DNA of 64,000 nt from Candidatus Poribacteria bacterium (GTDB lineage: Bacteria; Poribacteria; WGA-4E; WGA-3G), in the NCBI GenBank assembly GCA_963665235.2, contig CAXXLX010000001.1, forward strand, positions 4,032,001 to 4,096,000. Direction: 5' to 3'. The notes under the pieces are model-generated. The model saw only the letters and a program-made list of their open reading frames with translations, searched no databases and was not told the origin of the DNA. This document shows positions 49,959 through 60,377 of the stretch, one piece after another; the first letter of the stretch is position 1; every line of letters begins with the position of its first letter. A program made the position numbers and the translations under genes.

Positions 49959-52686
49959 TTAGGGCTCTATATCTATTTCCCAGAGCAGCACAGAACCATC
50001 GAGACTACCACTCACGAGAGTTTTTCCATCAGGACTAAAAGCGATACTTCTGACTATATCTGTATGACCTGATAATGTTGCCTTTTCCTCTCCGGTATGT
50101 GCATTCCAGAGATAGATAACCTTGTTCCTGTCTCCACTTGCAAGGGTTTTTCCATCTGGACTGAACGCTAACGCGTAACTATGCATCCAATTCGTTCTTT
50201 TGCTTTTGAGTATCTTCATATTCTCGCCAGTATCAACATCCCAAAAGCAGATGGTAGTGTCGTCACTCCCACTCGTCAGCGTTTTTCCATCAGGACTGAA
50301 CGCTAAAGAACTTACCCAATCTACATGTCCTCTAAGCACCTTGTTCTTGCCAGTGTCAATATCCCAAAGGCGGATGGTCCCTTTATAAGTCGCACTTGCA
50401 AGCGTTTTTCCATCAGGACTGAACGTTAAATAGCTCAAGTGATTTGTATGACCTTTAAGCGTTTTCTTGCGTTCGCCTATGTGCACATCCCATAGGGATA
50501 TAGTCTTCTCGTCGTCAACACCACTTGCAACTGTATTTCCATCTGGACTGAATGCCCTGAGTACTGGGCTATAGGGATCATTCATATAAAACATTTTCTT
50601 GTGTTCACCTATGTGTACATCCCAGAGGTAAACACCATTGTCAGTCCCACAAGTAAGGATTTTTCCATCGGGACTGAATAGCATACTGAGTACCATATCA
50701 TTATTAAACCCATTGAGCGTTTTGATGTGCTGCCCTGTGTCTGCGTTCCACAAGCGGACAATCCCATCAGTGGATCCACTTGCAATAATGTTCCCATTCC
50801 AGTTGAACGTTACACTCATGACAGATTCTGAATGTCCAGTGAATGTATGTTTTTCGGTCCCCGTGTGGGCATCCCAGAAACGGATAGTGCCATCACCACT
50901 TCCACTTGCAAGTGTCTTTCCATTTGGACTGAACGCTAAGTCTCGAACATACCGAATATGTAGTGAAGTAAGTGTTAGCCGGTGTTCACCGGTGTTGACA
51001 TCCCACAGACGAATTGTTTCATCTATAGGTGATGAAGTGGCAAGTCCTTTTCCATCAGGGGTAAACGCTAAGTTGTCAACATGCTTCTCATGTCCGATGA
51101 GTTCCATCCCGAGTTCGCCTGTATCCAAGTCGTGGAGGTAGATGATGCCATTTTCACTGCCAATTGCGGCTGTTTTCCCATCCGGACTGAACGCTGCGCC
51201 CGTAACAGAACAATCGGGATGCAAAGCGAATGTTTTCTTGTGTTTACCTGTGCTCGAATTCCACAAACTGATTTTGTTGTCCCAACTCACACTTACAAGT
51301 GCCTGTCCGTTTGGCATGAATAATAACCTGGTGGCACGCCAGGAATCTTTCGTGAGCGTATACTTCATCTCTCCGGTGCTCACATTCCATAATCGGATAG
51401 TGCCGTCTCGACTATCACTTGCGACTGTTTTTCCATCCGGACTGAATGCTAAGCTTGAGATCCAATTTATATGTCCGGTGAGCCTTGTTTGCGCTCCGGT
51501 GCTTCTATCCCACAGGATAATGGTATCTGCACTTCCACTCGCCAGGGTGCGGCCATCAGCACTGAACGCCAAACTGTCAACTCCGCTTGCATGCCCTGTG
51601 AGCAGACTGGCCTCCTGATATGATGTTACATCGTAAAGCCAAATACCGATGCCACTCGCAACAGCCAGAAACTTACCATCTGGAGAATACTGTATCTCAT
51701 TTATCTTCCCTTTACCGAAACGCGTTTTGGCATCTTTTGGTAAGTTTAATTGCATAGCATCCTGTGCTAAGTTGTTTTTCATAGGTGTTTCTCCTCTCTG
51801 TAGACTTTCGTTGCTATTTTTGCCGGGGGACATATCGTTGCCAACACGGTTCTGTAAATCGGGTTTTGAATGAATATCAAGGATAATTGGCGCGTCAACG
51901 ATTTCAATCGTCGGTTCCGACTGCGCCTCAAGGTTATACGGCCGTTGAAAACGGGTGAAGTATTGATTGCTCACACCTATCAGCAAAATGGCTAAAACAG
52001 CTGACGAAACTAAAGCTGCCCACGGTACCGGTTTGCTCAACGGCGAGGGGGTTTGCTTCGGTGTGGCAACATTCCGCATGATGTTTTCTAATAGACTCGG
52101 ACTTAACGAAATACCACCGAGGGTTTCGTCGAATTATAGAGTCATCTGCTCTTAGCCGGTTTCGCGCACGGCTCAGTCGACTTTTAACGGTGTTCACGGA
52201 TACCCCTAAGAACTTGCTAATCCGTTCACAACTCATTTCACCGAGATAGTGCAGTATCATCACTGTGCGTTCGCTCTCAGGTAGCTTTTCCAACAAGCTT
52301 TCAACGACTTGACGGCGATGCTCCGCAGCGGTTTCCTCACGTTGTTCCGATACATAGTTGGCGTAAGCGGTTTTCTCCAATATCTCATCACTGACGGTTT
52401 CCATTGACTGCGCCACACGTTTCTGTTTTCGCTGCCACGCAATGCAACGTCTACTTGCGATGACATATAACCACCCAGCGAAACGCGCCGGCTCCCGTAA
52501 GGTCGACAATTTCTCATACACATGAAGAAAAGTGTCCTGTGTAATCTCCTCGGCAATATGAAAATCTTTGATTTTACGCCAGGCAAGGGCATGGACACTC
52601 TTTTGGTATTTTTTAACTAAATCGCTGAAAGCAGTTTCGTCCCCTGATAATGTCCTCTGGATCAGTTCAATGTCATCTCTTTCCAT
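49959..52686 (-). pseudogene. Second ECF sigma-TM-WD40 fusion, split by a 1-bp insertion
   Basis: Extra base at ~52128 converts IIRETLG (as in the paralog) into IIRRNPR; downstream frame carries the TM and WD40 repeats. Confidence 0.82.
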
Positions 52687-52720
52687 GGGAAACCTCCACA
52701 ATCAATTTTGGCATGCAATC

Positions 52721-52753
52721 ATAGTGACGCGATTCTGAGGACGAAAGGTTGCA
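52721..52753 (-). promoter_or_regulatory. ECF-type promoter
   Basis: TGCAACC-17 bp-CGTCACTAT. Confidence 0.7.
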
Positions 52754-52825
52754 GGATTTAATGAAAATTTGAAAAAAACGGCATTTTTAATCAGAAATAG
52801 CCAATTTTTACCCCATTTTCGCTCA

Positions 52826-52915
52826 TTCTATAAACATATCGCCCCGCTGGGGCTAGCTCGTGCGGGGGTCCGTTTGCTATAAACATTCCGCCCCGCTGGG
52901 GCTGCGTTTTCGCAT
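52826..52915. repeat. Pair of CTATAAACAT..CGCCCCGCTGGGGCT hairpins
   Basis: Matches 46862-46953. Confidence 0.75.
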
Positions 52916-53115
52916 GAGAAGCGGGGAACTGTTTGCCCGAACACTGTGTCTGTTTTCTCCTAAACGATGAGCAACATAAACGCTATAATCTTGCCCGATG
53001 GCTCTTCGTTCCTAAATTCTTTTTCAATCATAATTATGCGTCCCAAGTCGAAAATGCACATTTGATAATAATAGAATTTGCGCAATTCTCTGGTAGATGC
53101 GGTTTGAAACCCCAC

Positions 53116-55257
53116 CTACAAATGATTAATATGAGGTGTCAGATCCCAAAGGAGGATAGAACCATCATAACTCACGCTTGCTAAAAGTTTGTTGTCCGGA
53201 GAAAATGCAAGTGCCTGCACGTCTGTCGGGTGCCCTCTAAAGGTGGCAATATGTTCTCCGTTTGCAACCTCCCACAAATAGATTGGTACTTTTTCTACAC
53301 CCTCTTTCCACCAAGCTCCCGCAGCAAGATAGCTCCCACACTGCGAAAATGTTAAAGGAAACATATCCGAGCATCCAGGGGGTAGCGGTAGCCGCCTATG
53401 GAGTTCACAACGCATGATGTCCCATAAGATGATTTCATTTCTACCTGCAGCGAGGTATTGTCCACATGGCGAAAAAGCGAATTCATCTGTTACCTGCTCA
53501 GGTGTTATTGATGTTTGGCACATTTCAGCAGAGGCGATGTCCCACAATTGGATATATTCTTCTCCAAAGGAGAATAGATACCTGCTGCACGGCGAAAATC
53601 CTATGATACCTCTAATATCACTTGGAAATGTATCTACCTCTTCGCCAGTTTGTAGATTCCACAAGCGTGCAGATGTGAAACGCGATTCACTTGCAAGTAA
53701 GCGTCCATCGGGGCTGAATTTCAACTCCCGTACTTCGTCGCCATCATCCTCTTCATCGTCATCATCATGATCAAGCGGATGCGTCAACTCATAAAGTTGC
53801 GCGCCCCGTTGCACATCCCAGACCTTCAGGGTGCCATCTTCCGTAGCATACGCGAATAGGTTGCCTGTCGGTGCCAAGGCAGGAAGTGCACTCCAGTACT
53901 TACGGTCCATGCCTTCAATAAGTGGTATGCCATCACCATCCGCTTCCCAAAGGGTGACGTTGTCCGCCTTGATGCTAGCGATATAGAGTTTGTCATCTAC
54001 GGATTTATAGACGAACTGATTCTTTCCAGCGGAGGCTCCCTGAATCGCGGGCCGTGAACGTTGACTTGCAATATCCCATAACACAACTCCTTCATGATGA
54101 TATTTCACCGCTAACGTGTTTCTGTCTTGTGAGAATATCGCTGATTTCGGAAACGAAATAGGTGAATGAACGAATTGGCGCGTGTGTGGGGTCTCAAGTG
54201 TCCACACGTTGATAAATTCGTGTCTGCATTCGTAAGCGAGTTGCGAACCGTTTGAAAATTCTACGGTATTGCCCCAATCGTGCACAGTAGAAAATTCTAC
54301 GGTATTGCCCCAAATTTGCTCTTTATAAAGTTGCTCTCCGCTTTCCAAGTCAGAGACTGTGATAGTTGCGGGCCCGGTCTCGTCGTAAGCGACTATCGCT
54401 GCACGGAGGATACCCTCAGGTGAATAGGAGGGAATGATACGATAGACATCACCATAATCAGCATAAACCTTTGCCTGTTGCCAAGTGTTGACATCCCAGA
54501 CGTACACTGCGCCATCTTCACCGCCGGAGGCGATAAACTTCCCACACGGTGAAAAACAGAGCGTCGATATCCAAGAGGTGTGTGCTGCGAGAAATGCAAT
54601 TTGCTGCGCACTTTCTACATCCCATACCACTATTCCCTCTGCTGTTGGGGTTTGAGACGTGTCTGTTTCACACGTAGAAACTATCAGTCGGGTATCAGGT
54701 GAAAAACTGATAGGTCTAAAATAATTCGCCTTTTCGGTGTTGGTGGCGAATTTTGGAAGCGGTTCGCCTGTCTCTATATTGTAGATTTCAGCGGTAGAAG
54801 AACTGGCATAGGCGACAGCAAGATAGCGGTTATTAGGTGAAAAGGTGAGTCCTGTTACATAATCACTTGTTTTGACTTGTGTCAAGCACGTTCCGTTTTG
54901 GATATCCAACACTTTAAGGATTTGGTCTGAATTGCTAACAGCTATCCATTTTCCGTTGGGTGAAAAGGCAACACATCCCACCATGCCACGTTCTGTTTCG
55001 AATAGCATAATAGGGGAAAGCGTCTGTAGGTCGTACATCCACAACCCTACCCAAGTTCCAACAGCAAGGTATTGTCTGTCTGGAGAGAATGCCATATTAG
55101 GTACGCTGCCGCGCCCTAAGCGTGAAATTGCCCCTTCGGGTAGTGCCCATGTGTTGCCGGTAGGGTCGTTGGGGACAACGTTAGACTGTGCTGGTTTAAT
55201 GTATTGTCGGGTTCCGCTTCGTTCAACTAGGCCTATATCGGAAGCTCGATTTGGCAT
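53116..55257 (-). CDS. WD40 repeat protein
   Basis: WALPEGAISRLGRG lead-in; many FSPxG...W(D/N) repeats; start moved to MPNRA because the track start lies in a repeat array. Confidence 0.88.
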   Translation of the reverse strand: MPNRASDIGLVERSGTRQYIKPAQSNVVPNDPTGNTWALPEGAISRLGRGSVPNMAFSPDRQYLAVGTWVGLWMYDLQTLSPIMLFETERGMVGCVAFSPNGKWIAVSNSDQILKVLDIQNGTCLTQVKTSDYVTGLTFSPNNRYLAVAYASSSTAEIYNIETGEPLPKFATNTEKANYFRPISFSPDTRLIVSTCETDTSQTPTAEGIVVWDVESAQQIAFLAAHTSWISTLCFSPCGKFIASGGEDGAVYVWDVNTWQQAKVYADYGDVYRIIPSYSPEGILRAAIVAYDETGPATITVSDLESGEQLYKEQIWGNTVEFSTVHDWGNTVEFSNGSQLAYECRHEFINVWTLETPHTRQFVHSPISFPKSAIFSQDRNTLAVKYHHEGVVLWDIASQRSRPAIQGASAGKNQFVYKSVDDKLYIASIKADNVTLWEADGDGIPLIEGMDRKYWSALPALAPTGNLFAYATEDGTLKVWDVQRGAQLYELTHPLDHDDDDEEDDGDEVRELKFSPDGRLLASESRFTSARLWNLQTGEEVDTFPSDIRGIIGFSPCSRYLFSFGEEYIQLWDIASAEMCQTSITPEQVTDEFAFSPCGQYLAAGRNEIILWDIMRCELHRRLPLPPGCSDMFPLTFSQCGSYLAAGAWWKEGVEKVPIYLWEVANGEHIATFRGHPTDVQALAFSPDNKLLASVSYDGSILLWDLTPHINHL

Positions 55258-55296
55258 TGTGTTTGTTCCTTGTTTAGCGTTTCCGGTTTGCGTATT

Positions 55297-55790
55297 TTCT
55301 ATAAATATATCACCCCTACGGGGTTTAGCCTTTCCAGGGGACGACGTTTCTATAAATATATCACCCCTACGGGGTTTAGCCTTTCCAGGGGACGACGTTT
55401 CTATAAACATATCACCCCTACGGGGTTTAGCCTTTCCAGGGGACGACGTTTCTATAAACATATCACCCCTACGGGGTTTAGCCTTTCCAGGGGACGACGT
55501 TTCTATTACGGGGTTTAGCCTTTCCAGGGGACGACGTTTCTATAAATATATCACCCCTACGGGGTTTAGCCTTTCCAGGGGACGACGTTTCTATAAATAT
55601 ATCACCCCTACGGGGTTTAGCCTTTCCAGGGGACGACGTTTCTATAAATATATCACCCCTACGGGGTTTAGCCTTTCCAGGGGACGACGTTTCTATAAAT
55701 ATATCACTTTGTTTATCATTTTTGCTTTGGTGTACGGCTTTCCAGGGGACGACGTTTCTATAAATATATCACCCCTACGGGGTTTAGCCT
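55297..55790. repeat. Tandem array of about 10 units of 51 bp containing an ACCCCTACGGGGT hairpin
   Basis: TTCTATAAA(T/C)ATATCACCCCTACGGGGTTTAGCCTTTCCAGGGGACGACGT; one deleted unit at 55501 and one divergent unit at 55691. Confidence 0.92.
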
Positions 55791-55839
55791 TAATTACCGA
55801 AGCTAAAAATTAATTTTCATACAGCTTGTGTTCGCATCG

Positions 55840-55940
55840 GCACAAACTGGAAAGTTTGTGCTACAAAAATCGACGGGCAATAAGTTTCCCTACTACGAAC
55901 GCTCTTACTGCTCGGCACAAACTGGGAAGTTTGTGCTACA
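55840..55940. repeat. Two free-standing GTAG-type hairpins of the family found inside the MITE
   Basis: GCACAAACTGG(A/G)AAGTTTGTGCTAC at ~55840 and ~55915. Confidence 0.75.
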
Positions 55941-55985
55941 AAAAATCGGCGGGCAATAAATTGTGGGACATTTATCGCCCAGGAG

Positions 55986-57926
55986 CTAACGTTTCACCTC
56001 CCACAAGAGGATGGTGCCATCACGGCTGCCACTTGCAAGGGTTTTACCATCTGCTGAAAAAGCGAGGCTATCTACTGTATCTGTGTGTCCCTTAAGGGTG
56101 TCGATGAGGTTTTCGGTGCTCAGGTCCCACAGGTAGATGGTATCGTCATTGCCGAAGACAAGCAGGTTTCCATCCGGAGAAAACAGGACAGAAGCAACAT
56201 TCAGGGCATGGCCTCTGAAAGTCTTCAAATGCTGGTAGGTTTCGGTATTCCACAAGCGTACCGTGCCATCCCAACTACCGCTGGCGAGGGTTTTACCGTC
56301 AGGCGAATATGCTACAGTATGTACGCCGCCGGTGTGACCTTCAAGGGTTTTCAAAAGGCTGCCAGCGGCCGTATTCCACAAACGGACAGTCATGTCATGG
56401 CTGCCAGTCGCAAGGATATTACCATCAGGGGAAAAGGCGACAGAAGGAACATCATTTCCATGCTCGGAAAGTGTTTGTAACAGTTTGCCGATAAGGTAAA
56501 GTTCGCCGGTGCGAATTTTCCACAAACGGACGGTATTATCCTGACTACCCGTTGCAAGCATCCCGCCATCGGCGGAAAAGGCGACAGAATAAATTGGGCC
56601 CGTATGCCCTGCGAAAGTGCCGAGGAATCGCCCGGTTTCCACATCCCAGAGGCGTGCCTTCATCGTATCCCCGCCACTTGCAAGTATTCTTCCATCCGAT
56701 GAATAGGTTACCGAGCGCACGGTTTCACGCGGGCCTGTGATAGCTGTTCGGAGCTCCCCGGTTTCTGGATTTCGCATAAGAATTTGGGTGTCGTAACCGT
56801 AAGCAAAGGTGTTGCCATCCGGAGAATAGGCGACAGGAAAGGTCCGCTCAGCAGGTTGGCGTGAGCCCTCCGTTTTTTGTGTGGCGGAGAGATGCGGGGC
56901 ATGACCTGTAATCGTTTTTGTGAGTTTACCGGTGTTTACCTCCCAAAACCGAATTGTGCCGTCCTCACTGGCAAAGGCAATTGTTTGCTCATCAGGAGAA
57001 AACGCTGCGGAAGAGGGTGACAAATCTCCATCATAGTCTTCCAATTCAAAAGTTTTCAGTAGCCTCCCACTGTTAACATCCCATAAGGCGATATAACCAT
57101 CCTCAAGACCGGTGGCACAAGTCTGTCCATCCGGTGCGAAGGTTATGGGGGTGAAGTCATTCATCCAATCCTCTGTTTCACATGTTCTGAGTTTTTTGCC
57201 GGTGTCAGCATCCCAAAAATTTATCTCTCCAGGGGTGTCTCGACTGATGAGCGTCCTGCCATCTGGCGAGTATACAATATACTCCGCCCAATCTGTATCC
57301 TCGGTGAAGGTTTTTAGCGGTTCGCCAGTGTGAGCGTCCCAAATCCGAATTCCCGCATCTCCCCAAGCGGCACTACTTGCGAGGACTGTACCGTCCGGCG
57401 AAAATACGGCTGAATAAACGGGTGTCGTATGTCCATCAAGTCTTGCTATCTGTTCTGCGGTGTGCAGATTGTAGAGGCGAACCGTTCTGTCGTCACTACT
57501 GGTAGCGAGCCGTTCACCATCCGGACTGAATGCTACTGAATTGACAGCGTCGGTATGTTCAACGAAACGTGCTTTGCGCTGTCCGGTGTTAGCATCCCAC
57601 AACTGAACGGTATTATCATCACTTGTAGTGGCAAAGGTTGCACCGTCAGGACTGAACGCGATTGAATTCACGGGGCCGGTATGCCCTGTGAGCAGGTCAA
57701 GGGATTCGCCTGTGTGTACGTCGTAGATGTAGATGCCGATTGTGCTTGTAACGGCAAGTTTTGTGCCGTCTGGAAAATATGCTATTGCATTTATTCCGCC
57801 TTTCCCGAGGCGCATTTTGGCACCGGGGGGTAAATTCCATTGCTCCTTTGCCTGCGCAAGAACGGTTGATGGGCAGAGCAGAAAAATCAGGGGTAAAATT
57901 GTCAATAATAGGCTCACTGTTTTCAT
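55986..57926 (-). CDS. Secreted WD40 repeat protein
   Basis: Signal peptide; WNLPPGAKMRLGKG lead-in; GH...FSPDG...W(D/N) repeats. Confidence 0.92.
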   Translation of the reverse strand: MKTVSLLLTILPLIFLLCPSTVLAQAKEQWNLPPGAKMRLGKGGINAIAYFPDGTKLAVTSTIGIYIYDVHTGESLDLLTGHTGPVNSIAFSPDGATFATTSDDNTVQLWDANTGQRKARFVEHTDAVNSVAFSPDGERLATSSDDRTVRLYNLHTAEQIARLDGHTTPVYSAVFSPDGTVLASSAAWGDAGIRIWDAHTGEPLKTFTEDTDWAEYIVYSPDGRTLISRDTPGEINFWDADTGKKLRTCETEDWMNDFTPITFAPDGQTCATGLEDGYIALWDVNSGRLLKTFELEDYDGDLSPSSAAFSPDEQTIAFASEDGTIRFWEVNTGKLTKTITGHAPHLSATQKTEGSRQPAERTFPVAYSPDGNTFAYGYDTQILMRNPETGELRTAITGPRETVRSVTYSSDGRILASGGDTMKARLWDVETGRFLGTFAGHTGPIYSVAFSADGGMLATGSQDNTVRLWKIRTGELYLIGKLLQTLSEHGNDVPSVAFSPDGNILATGSHDMTVRLWNTAAGSLLKTLEGHTGGVHTVAYSPDGKTLASGSWDGTVRLWNTETYQHLKTFRGHALNVASVLFSPDGNLLVFGNDDTIYLWDLSTENLIDTLKGHTDTVDSLAFSADGKTLASGSRDGTILLWEVKR

Positions 57927-58037
57927 GAAATATATCCTCCTTTGGCGATTGGCAAGAGGAAGAGGGTTTTGACGCGCGGCAGAGATATGCTTATCATCGC
58001 AACCTTCTTGCTAAATGCCATAAGCCAACAGCCAACA

Positions 58038-58438
58038 TTCTATAAACATATCGTCCCTACGGGACTAAAGATTTTTTTTCGAACTCAGGTTTCTATAAAT
58101 ATATCGTCCCTACAGGACTAAAGATTTTTCGAACTCAGGTTTCTATAAATATATCGTCCATACTGGACTAAAGATTTTTTTTCGAACTCAGGTTTCTATA
58201 AATATATCGTCCATACTGGACTAAAGATTTTTTTTCGAACTCAGGTTTCTATAAATATATCGTCCCTACAGGACTAAAGAGATTTTTTCGAACTCAGGTT
58301 TCTATAAATATATCGTCCCTACTGGACTAAAGATTTTTTTCGAACTCAGGTTTCTATAAATATATCGTCCATACTGGACTAAAGAGATTTTTTTCGAACT
58401 CAGGTTTCTATAAATATATCGTCCATACAGGACTAAAG
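58038..58438. repeat. Tandem array of 8 units (~51-55 bp) with a GTCC(C/A)TAC(G/A/T)GGAC hairpin
   Basis: TTCTATAAATATATCGTCC.TAC.GGACTAAAGA(T)nCGAACTCAGGT repeated with variable T-run length. Confidence 0.92.
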
Positions 58439-58539
58439 AAAACTTGGCTCAGGTAAAAAATGGGTGCATAAGAAAAATTTAACCCGTTCGGCCATTGCGT
58501 TTATTAAAACAATCACACACCCCTTTAACATGAACCTTA

Positions 58540-60369
58540 TCAAACGGCACTGCGGGACTGCCGACTGGTAGTGACAGTCTCAAGGTCCCAGAGGAGAATG
58601 ATGCCATCGGCACCCCCACTGGCAAGGGTTCTACCATCGGGACTAAATGTGAGAACGTCAACATCAGCAAGATGTCCGCTTAAGACTGTTCGCAGCTCGC
58701 CGGTATGGGCATCCCATAATCGGACTTTTTCATCCTGACCGCCACTAGCAAGGATGTACCCATCCGGGGAAAATGCCAATGCATAAACATGACTCGGCAC
58801 CGTCAACGTTGAAAGATGTTGGCAAGAATGTATATCCCAAAATCGGATGGTCTCATCTGAACTGCCACTGACAAGAATTCTATTATCCGGCGAAAACGCA
58901 ACGGTTTCAACGATGGCGGTATGGCCTTTGAGAACGGTAAGATGATGCCCCGTGTTGGCATTCCATAAACGGACTGTCTTATCAACGCCGCTACTCGCCA
59001 GGGTTCTCCCATCTGGCGAAATAGCAATGGCATCAACCCGGTCGGTATGTCCTGTTAGAAGGGCTAGCTGGTCGCAGGTATCAATATCCCAGAGTCGGAT
59101 AGTCTTATCGTCACCGCCGCTGGCGAGCGTGGTGCCGTTAGGTGCAAAGGCTAATGTCTGAATCATACCCGTATGTCCTTGCAAGACAGCTCGCTGGGTG
59201 CTGGCGTTGGTATCCCATAAAAAAATCCGCTCATCTCGACTAGCACTCGCAAGCGTTGTGCCATCGGGAGAAAATACGATGCGGTCAACGCAATCGTGAT
59301 GCCCGTCGAAGGTTGTAACCTCGGTGTAGGTGTCCACATCCCACAGGTAAAGGGTTTTATTATTAGTGCCGTAAGCGAGCTGGGTGCCATCCGGTGAAAA
59401 GGCGATGGAACCGAGCCATCTAAAATGTCCCGTGATAATTCCTTTTTCGGTGCCATCGGTTAAATCCCAGAACCGAATCGTCCCATCTTCGCCGACACTT
59501 GCAAGCGTTTTACCATCAGGTGAGAATGCAGTTGTCCAAACTGAGAATGTATGCCCTGTGAGGGTTGCGTGTTCGGTGCCTGTGTCGGCATCCCAGATTC
59601 GGACGGTATGATTGTTGCCGCCGCTCGCGATAAGCGTGCCGTCCGGTGAAAAAACAAAATGCCCAACATCTTTCAGATTTGTAGCGAGTGTCATCCGCTT
59701 TTCATTCGTGGCGACATCCCACATAGAGAGCATGCCGTCTAGGCTTCGACTGGCGAGAATAACACCGTTTGGAGAAAATGCCAATTGCCAGACCTCACCT
59801 CCATGTCCAGTGAGGGTGGCGAGATGTCTACCGTTATCAGTATCCCAGAGCCGAATAGTTTTGTCGGCACTTCCAGTTGCAAGAATTTTGCCATCGGGTG
59901 AAATTGCTATTCCAGCGACTTGGCCCGTATGTCCAATTGCATTAAACAGCAAACGCCCTGTACGGCTGTCCCAAAATCGGACTGTATTATCCCACCCTGC
60001 TGTTATCAGTTTTGTGCCATCCGGTGACAACACTATATCGGATACATCCTCTATATTTTGGGCAATCGGAATTCGACGTTGTCCGGTGTGTGTATCCCAT
60101 AAGGATATAGTTTCATCCCAATTTTGGATGGCAAGGGTTGTGCCTTCCCACGCAATCGGGAGTGGGGTTGTTCCATGCTCTTGCCCGGCGCGCAGCAGTG
60201 CGATTTCAGTGTGGGTATAGGCATCGTATAACCAAATTCCTAAGGCCCCGGAAACAGATAGTTGTGCGCCATCCGGTGAAAACCGAATTTTTCCGATTGC
60301 GCCTTTGCCGAGGCGGGCTTTGGCACCGTGCGGTAAACCCCATTGTGTGTAGGGTTGTGAGTTTTGCAT
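58540..60369 (-). CDS. WD40 repeat protein
   Basis: Start at MQNSQ; WGLPHGAKARLGKG lead-in; about 13 WD40 repeats; no signal peptide. Confidence 0.9.
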   Translation of the reverse strand: MQNSQPYTQWGLPHGAKARLGKGAIGKIRFSPDGAQLSVSGALGIWLYDAYTHTEIALLRAGQEHGTTPLPIAWEGTTLAIQNWDETISLWDTHTGQRRIPIAQNIEDVSDIVLSPDGTKLITAGWDNTVRFWDSRTGRLLFNAIGHTGQVAGIAISPDGKILATGSADKTIRLWDTDNGRHLATLTGHGGEVWQLAFSPNGVILASRSLDGMLSMWDVATNEKRMTLATNLKDVGHFVFSPDGTLIASGGNNHTVRIWDADTGTEHATLTGHTFSVWTTAFSPDGKTLASVGEDGTIRFWDLTDGTEKGIITGHFRWLGSIAFSPDGTQLAYGTNNKTLYLWDVDTYTEVTTFDGHHDCVDRIVFSPDGTTLASASRDERIFLWDTNASTQRAVLQGHTGMIQTLAFAPNGTTLASGGDDKTIRLWDIDTCDQLALLTGHTDRVDAIAISPDGRTLASSGVDKTVRLWNANTGHHLTVLKGHTAIVETVAFSPDNRILVSGSSDETIRFWDIHSCQHLSTLTVPSHVYALAFSPDGYILASGGQDEKVRLWDAHTGELRTVLSGHLADVDVLTFSPDGRTLASGGADGIILLWDLETVTTSRQSRSAV

Positions 60370-60377
60370 GATAATTT

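Noticed and set aside
54872-55813. 313-aa plus-strand ORF
   Set aside because: Made of the antisense of a WD40 gene plus the 51-bp repeat array
55297-58438. Possible CRISPR arrays (51-bp and ~53-bp periodic palindromic repeats)
   Set aside because: The sequence between hairpins is near-identical from unit to unit, so there are no unique spacers, and no cas genes are present
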